DNA of 54,165 nucleotides from a virus: the IMG/VR virus record IMGVR_UViG_3300045988_087855; one strand, 5' to 3'. The first letter of the stretch is position 1. Each line of letters starts with the position of its first letter. The notes under the pieces were generated by a model. It ran no database searches. It was not told the DNA's origin and saw only the letters and a list, made by a program, of their open reading frames with translations. Below, in pieces: positions 15,571 through 25,203 of this stretch. A program made the position numbers and the translations under genes.

Positions 15571-16359
15571 ATGAGAAGAAGATACAACAACACAGAACAG
15601 GAACAGGAAGCCATTGCACAGGAGCAGGACTTCCTGGGCGACATCGGCAACTTCGAGCTACCCGACATAGACCTCGACCTCATGGAGTTCTTGCCATCGG
15701 ACGAAACGGAGGAAACGAGGTACACTCTGCCAAAGGTTGTGCCGATGAGGGAAGACTTCGTGCTTTATGACAACGCACAGAAGATGGCGAGGGAGCTGCG
15801 CCTTGGATTCGGTGAGCGTTTCGATGCCTTCGTGAGCGGCTCCTTCATATTCGGGGACTTCATCGAGGCATACCTAACGACACAGAACGCCTGCGCCAAG
15901 AGGATGACCATCAGCACGCTCTCCATGAGCCAGAACAACGTGGACAGCATCCACACGCTCATGGAGAAGGGCTACATCGAGGAACTGAACCTCATAATCT
16001 CGGTTTACTTTTGGGGCAACGAGCGAAGCAGCCTCATTCCCTACATCTACAAGCAGCTCGACATTGGCGACAGATTCCAGCTGGCGGTGGCAGGAGTCCA
16101 CACCAAGACCGTGAACTTCGAGACATTAGGTGGGCGCAAGATTGTCCTCCACGGCTCCGCCAACCTCCGCTCCAGCGGAAACATCGAGCAGTTCACCATG
16201 GAGGAGAACCCAGAGCTTTATGATTTCTACGACGAGCACTTCAACAGGATTCTCGACAAGTACGCAACCATACGCAAGCCGATACGCAACAGCAAGGCGT
16301 GGGATTACTTCACGAGAATGGTATTCAATAACAAAAAGCAAAAGGAGAACAAGCAATGA
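15571..16359 (+). CDS. phospholipase-D-family (HxK...GSxN) nuclease-like protein
   Basis: VHTKTVNFETLGGRKIVLHGSANL fits the PLD HxK(x)nGSxN signature. Confidence 0.55.
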   Translation: MRRRYNNTEQEQEAIAQEQDFLGDIGNFELPDIDLDLMEFLPSDETEETRYTLPKVVPMREDFVLYDNAQKMARELRLGFGERFDAFVSGSFIFGDFIEAYLTTQNACAKRMTISTLSMSQNNVDSIHTLMEKGYIEELNLIISVYFWGNERSSLIPYIYKQLDIGDRFQLAVAGVHTKTVNFETLGGRKIVLHGSANLRSSGNIEQFTMEENPELYDFYDEHFNRILDKYATIRKPIRNSKAWDYFTRMVFNNKKQKENKQ

Positions 16360-16557
16360 GTAGCGGTTCAGAATCACACGGAGGCGGAGGCTCAAAGCTC
16401 CACTCCAGCACCAGGGCTTCAAGAAGAGCCAGCAGCGTCCTGCCATTTTCGCCAGGAGGCGGTGGTGCAGCACCATTTTAGCGTAACAAACCAAGCAAGA
16501 GAGGCGAGCCTTCACGAAGGGCTCGCCTTGGCTGCTTAATAACCAAGGACACAGAAA

Positions 16558-17931
16558 ATGCAGAAAGGAATACAACGAAAGGAGATGGAGCTGGCGGTGC
16601 TCCACCCAAATGACGGACAGGTCGAGGGACTGCCAAAGAACCCACGACGAATACGAGACCCCAAGTTCAAGAAGCTGGTGCAGTCCATCAAGGACGACCC
16701 AGAGATGCTGGACTTGCGAGAACTCATCGTGTACGACACCCAGGACGAGCGAGGCTACGTCATCATCGGAGGAAACATGAGATACCAGGCACTCACGAAG
16801 CTCAAGTACAAGACGGCTCCGTGCAAGATTCTGCCCCACGACTTCCCGATGGACAAGATGCGTCGCATCGTGCTGAAGGATAACTCCAGCTTTGGAGAAA
16901 CCGACTTCGATGCACTCCTCAACGATTGGAACATCGAAGAGATAGAGGCTGCAGCCATTGACATCCCCGATATCCAGGAACCAGAGGAAGAGGAAGAGGC
17001 GAAGGACGATGGCTACGACGTGCAGGCGAACACCCCGAAGAAGGCAACCAGCAGGACAGGCGACCTCTACAGACTCGGAAACCACCGCCTCATTTGCGGA
17101 GACAGCACCAAGGGAGAATATCTCGATGCCCTCATGGGAGAGGAACAGGCAGACCTCCTCGTAACCGACCCACCATACAACGTGGACTACCAAGCCAAGG
17201 GCAAGATGAAAATCGCAAACGACCACATGGCTGATGAGAACTTCGTGGCGTTCCTCACCGACACCTTGCAGAACGCAAGCGACAGCATGAAGCCAGGCGC
17301 AGCCTTCTACATTTGGCACGCAGACTCGCAAGGCTTCAACTTCCGAACAGCCGTGAAGAACATCGGCTGGGAGACACGCCAATGCTTGATCTGGAACAAA
17401 AACAGCCTCGTCCTCGGCAGGCAGGACTACCAATGGAAGCACGAGCCGTGCCTTTATGGATGGAAGGACGGAGCCGCCCATTACTTCACCGACAAGCGAA
17501 ACCTCACCACGGTCATCGAGAAGAAGCTGGACATCGAGAAGCTGAGCAAGGCAGAGATGAAAGACCTCCTCACGCAGATATTCGAGGGAGAGACACCGAC
17601 AAGCGTCATAGACTGCGACAAGCCGAAGAAGAACCCAGACCACCCTACGATGAAGCCCGTGCCTCTTATCGGCAAGCTCATCAGCAACAGCAGCAGGCGC
17701 AAGGACATCGTCCTCGACATATTCGGAGGCAGCGGTACCACGCTCATTGCAGCAGAGCAGCTCGGCAGGTGCTGCCGTATGGTGGAGTTCGAGCCAATCT
17801 ACGTGGACGTAATCATAAAGCGATGGGAGGAGATGACAGGAACGAAGGCAGTACTCGTCCGCAACATCCTCGACCCAGAGCAGCCAGCAGACAAGCCAGC
17901 GACCAAGACGAAAGCGAAGAAGGAGGGATAA
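16558..17931 (+). CDS. ParB-like N-terminal domain fused to a DNA methyltransferase (DPPY; N6-adenine/N4-cytosine class)
   Basis: N-terminal ParB-like block (LPKNPRRIRDPKFKKLVQSIKDD...IIGGNMRYQAL). Catalytic LLVTDPPYN. AdoMet motif VLDIFGGSGTTLIAAE near the C-terminus. Confidence 0.8.
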   Translation: MQKGIQRKEMELAVLHPNDGQVEGLPKNPRRIRDPKFKKLVQSIKDDPEMLDLRELIVYDTQDERGYVIIGGNMRYQALTKLKYKTAPCKILPHDFPMDKMRRIVLKDNSSFGETDFDALLNDWNIEEIEAAAIDIPDIQEPEEEEEAKDDGYDVQANTPKKATSRTGDLYRLGNHRLICGDSTKGEYLDALMGEEQADLLVTDPPYNVDYQAKGKMKIANDHMADENFVAFLTDTLQNASDSMKPGAAFYIWHADSQGFNFRTAVKNIGWETRQCLIWNKNSLVLGRQDYQWKHEPCLYGWKDGAAHYFTDKRNLTTVIEKKLDIEKLSKAEMKDLLTQIFEGETPTSVIDCDKPKKNPDHPTMKPVPLIGKLISNSSRRKDIVLDIFGGSGTTLIAAEQLGRCCRMVEFEPIYVDVIIKRWEEMTGTKAVLVRNILDPEQPADKPATKTKAKKEG

Positions 17932-17934
17932 GCC

Positions 17935-18399
17935 ATGCCAAGAGGAAAAGAGACAATGACGGAAAGTCAGCTCGCAAACATCGAGAGCCACAAGTGGCAG
18001 AAGGGGCAGAGCGGCAACCCAAGGGGCAAGAAGAAGGACAGGGTCAAGGCTCTCTTGAAGCAGGTACTCCCAAAGAGCAAGCTAAAGAAGAGCGAGGCAC
18101 TGACCCTCGACGAGATAAACACCATCGAGAAGAGCATCCTCGTCCTGGAACTCGCAGACCTCCAATTGCTGGCGAAGGCAGACGATACCCCAGCCTACGC
18201 TAAGACATTGGCGATGGCAGCAATCATCGACATGAAGAACGGCAAGACAACCACCATGGACAGGCTCATGGACAGGCAATACGGCAAGCCACAGCAGAAG
18301 GTGGACATCACCACAGGGGGAAAGCCTATAGAGCAGGGTCGCCCACTCACCAGGGAGGAGCAAATCGAGTACTTGAAGAAGCTGGAGGAGGAATACTGA
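17935..18399 (+). CDS. terminase small subunit (putative)
   Basis: 154 aa, basic N-terminus with GQSGNPRGKKK. It lies immediately upstream of the large terminase. Confidence 0.5.
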   Translation: MPRGKETMTESQLANIESHKWQKGQSGNPRGKKKDRVKALLKQVLPKSKLKKSEALTLDEINTIEKSILVLELADLQLLAKADDTPAYAKTLAMAAIIDMKNGKTTTMDRLMDRQYGKPQQKVDITTGGKPIEQGRPLTREEQIEYLKKLEEEY

Positions 18400-18400
18400 G

Positions 18401-19855
18401 ATGATGAACGACACCGAACTGCAAAAGATGTGGGTGTTGCAGAATCCCCTCAACTTCACCAGGTACTTCTTCAAGGAGAACGGAGGAAAGCGGTTCATTG
18501 TCGGGCATCACCACAAGACCGTCTGCGACGCACTCGACAGGGTGCTCAAGGGCGAAATCAACAAGCTCATCATTAACATCGCCCCACGCTACGGAAAGAC
18601 GGAGCTGGCGGTGAAGAACTTCATAGCGATGGGACTCGCCATCAACCCAGCCTCCAACTTCATACACCTGTCCTACTCCAGCGACCTCGCTGTGGACAAC
18701 TCCATAGCGATAAAGGACATCGTGAACTGCGAGGCATACCAGCGCATGTTTGAGACCAGGGTGAAATACGGAAACGACACCAAGGCACAATGGGACACGG
18801 AGCAAGGCGGTGGAGTTTACGCAACCTCCACGCTCGGACAGATTACAGGTTTCGGAGCAGGAGAGGTGGACAGAGTGGACGAGCAGGGCAATCCGCTCCC
18901 CTACAGATTCGCAGGAGCCATCATCATCGACGACCCGATAAAGCCAGAGGACGCACTGAGCGACGTGGTGCGTGAGCGAGTGAACCGACGATTCGAGACA
19001 ACCATTCGAAACCGAGTGAACAGCCGCAACACGCCAATCATCATCATCATGCAAAGACTGCACGAGCACGACCTATGCGGCTACCTGCAAGAGATTGAGC
19101 CTGACGATTGGACAGTGGTCAGCCTTCCGTGCATCACCACGGACGAGGAAGGAAACCGAATGCCACTATGGGCGTTCAAGCACACGCTGCAGGAATTGGA
19201 GAAGATACGCCTCGCCAACTCCTTTGTCTTCGAGACGCAGTACATGCAGAACCCGACACCTATCGAGGGTTTGATGTACTCCCACTTCAAGACATACGAC
19301 ACCCTCCCGATAGAGGCGCACCTGCCAAGGCGCAAGTGCTACATCGACACAGCAGACACAGGAGCCGACTGGCTCTGCGCCATTTGCTACGACGAGTACG
19401 AGAGCGGATGCTACGTCACCGACATCCTATTCACCAACAAGAGCATGGAGTTCACGGAGCCAGCCGTGGCGAGGATGCTGGTGAGGAACCAAACCGAGGA
19501 GGTCGTGGTAGAGAGCAACAACGGAGGTCGAGGGTTCAGAAGGAACGTGGAGAAGCTCGTCCGCACCCTTGGAAATTGGATAATGGTCTTCATTGACCTC
19601 GCCCAGACCGCCAACAAGCAGACACGAATCTTCATCAACAGCTCGAAGGTGATGAACATGGTCTTCTTCCCAGCAGGATGGGAGTTATTGTTCCCACATT
19701 ACCACAACGCAATGACATCCTACCGCAAGGAGGGAGGAAACGAGCACGACGATGCGCCCGACTGCACGACAGGCGTGGTGGAGCGTTTCGGATTGATTAC
19801 CTGCGCCCAGATCACCGACGAGGAAGAGGAAGAAATCGAGGATGAGATTTATTAA
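18401..19855 (+). CDS. terL: terminase large subunit
   Basis: Walker A-like IAPRYGKTE, Walker B AIIIDDPIKPEDA, and IIMQRLHEHDL. Size and position are typical. Confidence 0.85.
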   Translation: MMNDTELQKMWVLQNPLNFTRYFFKENGGKRFIVGHHHKTVCDALDRVLKGEINKLIINIAPRYGKTELAVKNFIAMGLAINPASNFIHLSYSSDLAVDNSIAIKDIVNCEAYQRMFETRVKYGNDTKAQWDTEQGGGVYATSTLGQITGFGAGEVDRVDEQGNPLPYRFAGAIIIDDPIKPEDALSDVVRERVNRRFETTIRNRVNSRNTPIIIIMQRLHEHDLCGYLQEIEPDDWTVVSLPCITTDEEGNRMPLWAFKHTLQELEKIRLANSFVFETQYMQNPTPIEGLMYSHFKTYDTLPIEAHLPRRKCYIDTADTGADWLCAICYDEYESGCYVTDILFTNKSMEFTEPAVARMLVRNQTEEVVVESNNGGRGFRRNVEKLVRTLGNWIMVFIDLAQTANKQTRIFINSSKVMNMVFFPAGWELLFPHYHNAMTSYRKEGGNEHDDAPDCTTGVVERFGLITCAQITDEEEEEIEDEIY

Positions 19856-19883
19856 CAACACCAAGCATAAGGAGAATCAAACA

Positions 19884-21305
19884 ATGCCAGACATCAAAGA
19901 GATTATCGACAGACAGAACAGAATGCCAGCGCAAATCATCGACGACTTGAAGCAGAAGAGCCTCGATGTCATCCCTTGGGGGAACTTGCGCAAGGAGTAC
20001 GAGCCAAAGAAACACCCAGTGTACACCGACCGCCACTACCGAGACAAGGTGCGCAAGGGCAAGGTGGAGAAGATGACCAGAATCACCTACAGCATACAGA
20101 AGCAGGCGGTGAAGCGAATGAAGGAACTCATGTTCACAATCCCAACGAAGAGAAAGTACACCACCAAGACGGATGATGAGAAGCAGGCTGCAGACATCAT
20201 GGAGGCAATCTTCAAGCGCAACCGAATCAATGCGCTGAACCTAAAGCGAGCGCACAAGCTCTTTGCAAGCTGCGAGATGGTGACAATTTGGTTTGCCCAG
20301 GAGCAGGACACCATCTACGCAGGGCACAAGAGCAAGCTAAAGCTCCGCTGCAGGGTCTTCTCCCCGATGGACGGAGACATCCTGTACCCACTTTTCGATG
20401 AATACGATGACATGATAGCTCTCAGCGTCCAATACAGCCGAAAGAAGGGAATGGAGCAGCTCACCTACTTCGACACCTACACCGATGCCTTCCATTACCG
20501 CTGGGTCAGCAGGGACGGCAACGGATGGGAGGAAGACATGGAGCCAGAGCCTATCAACATCGGAAAGATTGCAGGCATCTACATCCACCGAGACCTCCCG
20601 ATATGGGAAGACCAGAGCGACAACGGCTACGAGCTGGAGTGGACGGTCAGCAGACAGGGCAACTACCTGCGCAAGAACAGCCGACCAACCTGGGTAATCT
20701 ACTCGGACAGCCAGCAGGTGACCGCACCGAAGAACAAGAAGCAGGAGCCTGTCGATGACAACGCAGGGCGCAACGTCCTCCGATACGGACAGAAGGACAA
20801 AGCGGAATACGCAACGTGGAACCAGGCAACCGATGCTTTGAAGCTCCAAACCGAGGAACTCAGACGCAACATCCACACCAGCCTCCAGCTCCCCGACATG
20901 AGCATGGAGCAGATGAAGGCGACACCAATGAGCGGAGAGGCACGCAAGATGCTCTTCATTGATTGCCAGATGAAGGTCACGGACGAGTCGGGAGATTGGC
21001 TGGAGTTCTTCGACAGGGAGGTGAACGTGATACGAGCTTTCTGCAAGCAGATGTTCCCCGAACTCGCAACAGCCTTCGACACCCTCGTGGTGGAGAACAA
21101 AATAATTCCGTTCCAAATCAATGACCGAAGCCAGCAAATCAAGGACATGAGCGACGCAACAGGAGGCAAGCCTATCGTATCGAGACGCACCGCTATCCGA
21201 GAAATCAACATCGTGCCAGAGGAAGAGGTGGACGAGGAAGAGCAGAGAATCATAGACGAGGAGAATGCAGCAGCCGATGCCTTCTCCAACGAACCAACCA
21301 TGTAA
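19884..21305 (+). CDS. portal protein
   Basis: About 473 aa, directly after terL and before the MuF gene. ATG at 19884 is preceded by AGGAGA. Acidic C-terminus. Confidence 0.75.
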   Translation: MPDIKEIIDRQNRMPAQIIDDLKQKSLDVIPWGNLRKEYEPKKHPVYTDRHYRDKVRKGKVEKMTRITYSIQKQAVKRMKELMFTIPTKRKYTTKTDDEKQAADIMEAIFKRNRINALNLKRAHKLFASCEMVTIWFAQEQDTIYAGHKSKLKLRCRVFSPMDGDILYPLFDEYDDMIALSVQYSRKKGMEQLTYFDTYTDAFHYRWVSRDGNGWEEDMEPEPINIGKIAGIYIHRDLPIWEDQSDNGYELEWTVSRQGNYLRKNSRPTWVIYSDSQQVTAPKNKKQEPVDDNAGRNVLRYGQKDKAEYATWNQATDALKLQTEELRRNIHTSLQLPDMSMEQMKATPMSGEARKMLFIDCQMKVTDESGDWLEFFDREVNVIRAFCKQMFPELATAFDTLVVENKIIPFQINDRSQQIKDMSDATGGKPIVSRRTAIREINIVPEEEVDEEEQRIIDEENAAADAFSNEPTM

Positions 21306-21316
21306 AGGATTGAACA

Positions 21317-24043
21317 ATGCCAACAAGAATCACCATTGCAACATACGACGAGAAGCACAAGCAGAACCTCGCCAAGAGAGCCAAGAAGGTGAGCAGCCTA
21401 TACGACGCAGCCGTGAAGCGATTGACGCAAGCGGCTGCGCCATCCCTTTTTGACGCAGACAAAGAGCAAGAGTTCCACTTCGAGGACTTCCCAACCTTAA
21501 AGAGGGAAATGGACGCACTCATGCAAGACCTATACTCCAGCCTACAGACGAACATCGAGGATGGAGACGAGGAAAGCTGGACGCTCGCCAACACCAAGAA
21601 CGACGCAATGGTGGAATCGGTCATCGGCAAGGCGAAGCTCCCAAAGCAGACCGTACATGCGTGGAAGCACCCACACTTGGAGGCACTCAACGCCTTCATA
21701 GACCGCAAGGAGGCAGGGATGGGGCTCAGCAAGAGGGTATGGAACCTCACCCAGCAGTTCAAGGATGAAATGGAACTCGCCCTCGAACTCGGAATGGGCG
21801 AAGGGAAGAGCGCAGCAGAACTGAGTCGCGATATCCGCAAATACCTAAAGGAACCGAACAAGTTATTCAGAAGGGTGCGAGACAAGAGCGGAGCCTTGCG
21901 CCTCTCCAAGGCTGCTGCCGCATATCACCCAGGGCGTGGCGTTTACCGCTCCAGCTACAAGAACGCCCTCCGAATGACAGCGACCGAGAACAACATGGCA
22001 TACAGGACAGCCGACCACACCAGATGGCAGGCTCTCCCTTTTGTTATCGGTATCGAAATCCATATCAGCAACAACCACCCGACAGAGGACATCTGCGACC
22101 TATTCGACGGAAAACGCTTTCCAAAGGACTTCAAGTTCACAGGATGGCATCCATGGTGCAGATGTTATGCAGTTTCCATCCTCGCCAAGCAGGAGGAAAT
22201 GGACGCATACATCAAGGCTCTCATTGCTGGCGAAGACGTGAGCGATTGGCAATTCACTGGCAAGGTCGAGCAGATGCCAACCGAGTTCACCAAGTGGATG
22301 AAGGACAACGAGAGCAGAATAACCAAAGCCAAGTCCATGCCCTACTTCATCAAGGACAACTTCAAGGACGGAGACCCAGCCAAGGGGCTGCGATGGGAAG
22401 GCAAAAATAAACAATCCGCACAATGGGAACCTTCGTTCATGAATGAAGAACAATATACAGAACTGACGAGAACTATGAAGATTACTCCTGAGCAACATCA
22501 CGAGTTATATGATGGAGATGATGTGTACATCGACAGTTCATGGTCACGTCAGATTAACAAAGAGCTGGCAAGCGAAAAAGTTAGAGGTGATATACCAGAT
22601 AATTTCATGGATGGAGACACGGGAACAATACGTCAATGTAAAGTTCTTGATGCAGTAATCAAGGCAAATACGCTAAAGGAAGATACATACGTTTATAGAA
22701 AAGTTACCGAGGATTGGTTAAAGAGAGATGGGGTCTCGTTCACAGAAGGCAATGTTATACATGAATTCGGATACACGTCAACAAGCGCAGTCGAAGGAAA
22801 TACCTATATGAGCAGGAAAACCGTAAGAATGAATATTAAAATTCCTAAAGGAACACATGCGTACGTCTCGGAGAATATAAACGAAAGCGAGATAATCCTT
22901 GGTAGAAATTCAAAATTCTTAGTAAAATCGGTAAAACACGAAGGTAAAAATACGATCATAGACCTTGAGCTACAGCCACAAATCGTCAAATCTGTCAAAA
23001 CGAAGCACGAGGTTATAATGGAGAATGCAGCCAAGCGACATGCAGCGAGAACCAGCGAACAGATAGATGATATCAAGGACGCATGGAGAGAAAGAAGACT
23101 CGATGCATACGACAACCGATGCGACCAATTGATGAAGACACTCACATATAGCCAGGGACAGACACTCCCAGCATTGACGAAGAGACAGATAGCCCTGCGC
23201 AACGCCATAGGCAAGGACGCATCCGTGAATGAGGTCGAGGCTTTGTTTGCTAAATTCGAGAAGGGCGTGAAAGCACAGAACAAATGGGACACCCAGGTAT
23301 GGGGCAGCTTCAGCAAGGAGCAAATCGCGAACATGAAGGACATCGAAAAGAGCCTCGGAATCAAGAAGGGAAGACCGATGACCTACGAGGAAGCTGACAA
23401 ACAGAGCGCAAACCCATTGCATGTGAACGAATACATTGTGGACAAAAACTCAAAATGGGTATTGTCTGGGACAAAGATTCATGTAAGCAAAAACCCATTA
23501 TACGACAAAGCCAAGCACGAGCCATACGATATAAACTGCCAAACTTGTGCTCCAGCCTACGCTCTGAGAGAATGGGGCTTCAATATTCATGCAAAAGGCA
23601 ATACACAGAAAATCGGAGACTTGTCTTATTACTTAAGCCATGGCGATAATTGGCTGGAGACATGGACTGAGAAAGACGGCTCGCCTGTAAGCATAACCAG
23701 TTTTAAAGACTTCCAAAGAGCACATCCAGGCTGGAAGCACATGACGCAACAAAGATACCTCCAATACTTCGACGAAGTTTGCAAAGAGGAAGGCACATAC
23801 GAAGTCGGTCTTAGCTGGGAACCAAGAGGTGGACATTGCACAATCGTTAAACGATTCAACGATGGAAGCCTTAAGTACATAGAGCCGCAGGAAGACAACT
23901 CCGACGGAAGCGGATTTGAGGAAAAGGACATTAAATACCTTTGCGAAAAAATGAGGAAAGACCCAATTTTGAAAGATGGAGCGATAAAGGTCAGCGACAA
24001 ATTGCTTAATTTAAAATACGTTTCAATTTTCCTTAAACGCTGA
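21317..24043 (+). CDS. MuF/SPP1-gp7-family head morphogenesis protein with C-terminal ADP-ribosyltransferase and papain-like (Cys/His) domains
   Basis: MuF block ...YRTADHTRWQ...GWHPWCRCYAV. ART R-STS-ExE triad: YVYRKV (R codon 22697), GYTSTS (22775-22786), NESEIIL (22883-22891). The C-terminus has NCQTCAPAYALREWGF and RGGHCTIV. Confidence 0.8.
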   Translation: MPTRITIATYDEKHKQNLAKRAKKVSSLYDAAVKRLTQAAAPSLFDADKEQEFHFEDFPTLKREMDALMQDLYSSLQTNIEDGDEESWTLANTKNDAMVESVIGKAKLPKQTVHAWKHPHLEALNAFIDRKEAGMGLSKRVWNLTQQFKDEMELALELGMGEGKSAAELSRDIRKYLKEPNKLFRRVRDKSGALRLSKAAAAYHPGRGVYRSSYKNALRMTATENNMAYRTADHTRWQALPFVIGIEIHISNNHPTEDICDLFDGKRFPKDFKFTGWHPWCRCYAVSILAKQEEMDAYIKALIAGEDVSDWQFTGKVEQMPTEFTKWMKDNESRITKAKSMPYFIKDNFKDGDPAKGLRWEGKNKQSAQWEPSFMNEEQYTELTRTMKITPEQHHELYDGDDVYIDSSWSRQINKELASEKVRGDIPDNFMDGDTGTIRQCKVLDAVIKANTLKEDTYVYRKVTEDWLKRDGVSFTEGNVIHEFGYTSTSAVEGNTYMSRKTVRMNIKIPKGTHAYVSENINESEIILGRNSKFLVKSVKHEGKNTIIDLELQPQIVKSVKTKHEVIMENAAKRHAARTSEQIDDIKDAWRERRLDAYDNRCDQLMKTLTYSQGQTLPALTKRQIALRNAIGKDASVNEVEALFAKFEKGVKAQNKWDTQVWGSFSKEQIANMKDIEKSLGIKKGRPMTYEEADKQSANPLHVNEYIVDKNSKWVLSGTKIHVSKNPLYDKAKHEPYDINCQTCAPAYALREWGFNIHAKGNTQKIGDLSYYLSHGDNWLETWTEKDGSPVSITSFKDFQRAHPGWKHMTQQRYLQYFDEVCKEEGTYEVGLSWEPRGGHCTIVKRFNDGSLKYIEPQEDNSDGSGFEEKDIKYLCEKMRKDPILKDGAIKVSDKLLNLKYVSIFLKR

Positions 24044-24247
24044 AATTACATCAAGGGCGATAAAACCTTTAAACTCGGTAATTTCCCCATTTGAAGACAG
24101 GACAAGAGCAACAGGGAAGCCAGTCTTGCTATTGGCAACGGCTGCACAATAGCAAGATTCCCCCTCCTTCTCCCCAACAAAGGAGACGGAATAAGCAGAA
24201 CCAAGGTTCTCGCTAACGAAGCTACGTATCGTCTTTGAAACTTTCAT
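24023..24247 (-). CDS. small antisense gene: candidate immunity protein for the MuF toxin domain(s)
   Basis: 74-aa ORF, the only minus-strand gene inside the structural block. It converges on and overlaps the MuF 3' end by 21 nt. It has its own TAAGTTTG box at 24268-24275 (minus). Confidence 0.5.
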   Translation of the reverse strand: MKVSKTIRSFVSENLGSAYSVSFVGEKEGESCYCAAVANSKTGFPVALVLSSNGEITEFKGFIALDVISAFKEN

Positions 24248-24267
24248 AAAAGTTTAGTTTTTTGCGG

Positions 24268-24275
24268 CAAACTTA
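24268..24275 (-). promoter_or_regulatory. -7 box TAAGTTTG for the antisense gene
   Basis: The plus-strand sequence CAAACTTA reverse-complements to TAnnTTTG, about 21 nt upstream of the ATG at 24247. Confidence 0.4.
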
Positions 24276-24382
24276 CGAAAAAAGTCGGAGATTGCAAAGG
24301 GAAAATCCCTATAATTTGCGAATTTAGCTTTAATTTACGTTAAATAAATGATTATATTGTAATCACTTTTAAGAAAAAGAGC

Positions 24383-24390
24383 TATTTTTG
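24383..24390 (+). promoter_or_regulatory. -7 box TATTTTTG (internal promoter for the head genes)
   Basis: Matches TAnnTTTG, 37 nt upstream of the ATG at 24427, in a 179-bp AT-rich gap. Confidence 0.45.
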
Positions 24391-24426
24391 CAGCGTTACA
24401 AATTTGTATAACCAAAGCATAATTTT

Positions 24427-25173
24427 ATGTTCGAATTGATTTTAAAGGCACTCAAAACCAAGTTTCCTGGGGTTGATGCCAAGATTTTAGAGCGGATAGC
24501 CAAGAAAAAGGCTGAGACGACAACCAAGGAAGAGGAAGTGAAAACCGTCGTTGATGGGGTGACCTTCCAATCCATTCTGGAGAGCGAGGGCGACCGAAGA
24601 GCTGACGAGGCTCAGAAGACAGCCGTGACCAACTACGAGAAAAAGTACAAGTTGAAGGACGGCAAGCCTACCGACGAACCAGCACCAAAGACCACACCAA
24701 GCTCGACAAACCAGCCAACAGGAGGGGAAGACAGCGAGGTGATGAAGATGCTCAAAGAGATTAAGGCAGACAACGAGCAGCTGCGCAACGAGCTCAACGG
24801 ATTCAAGTCCGAGAAGCTCGGCAATCAGCGTAAGCAGCAGTTCGAGGCTTTGTTTGAAGGGGCATCCGACAAATTGAAGGAACGCTACATGCGCAACTAC
24901 GACCGCCTGTCATTCAAGGACGATGAGGACTTCAACGGATGGCTCGACAGCCAGAAGCCGTTCATCGAGGATGACATCAAGACGGAGAAGGCAGCAGGTG
25001 CAACCAACACACCACCGCTCGGTGGTACCCGACGCAAGTCAGGCGAGCAAGCCGACCCAGCCGTTACCGCATACCTCAACGCAGAGGCAGTGAGAGAGCA
25101 GCAGGCAGCATCGCCAGTCATCATCGGACTCACCCAGGGCGCACCAGCGACACCAGCACCTCCTGCGCAGTAG
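24427..25173 (+). CDS. scaffolding protein (putative)
   Basis: 248 aa, charged and helical, with a P/A-rich tail. It lies upstream of the capsid genes. Confidence 0.5.
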   Translation: MFELILKALKTKFPGVDAKILERIAKKKAETTTKEEEVKTVVDGVTFQSILESEGDRRADEAQKTAVTNYEKKYKLKDGKPTDEPAPKTTPSSTNQPTGGEDSEVMKMLKEIKADNEQLRNELNGFKSEKLGNQRKQQFEALFEGASDKLKERYMRNYDRLSFKDDEDFNGWLDSQKPFIEDDIKTEKAAGATNTPPLGGTRRKSGEQADPAVTAYLNAEAVREQQAASPVIIGLTQGAPATPAPPAQ

Positions 25174-25203
25174 CAAAGTTTAACCATTTAAAGGGAAAAA
25201 GCA

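Noticed and set aside
16356-16481. 41-codon Gly/Ser-rich ORF (MSSGSESHGGGGSKLHSS...GGGGAAPF), ATGA-coupled to the PLD-like gene.
   Set aside because: It falls below any reliable coding threshold, has low complexity and carries no recognisable motif. It may be real but cannot be supported from sequence alone.
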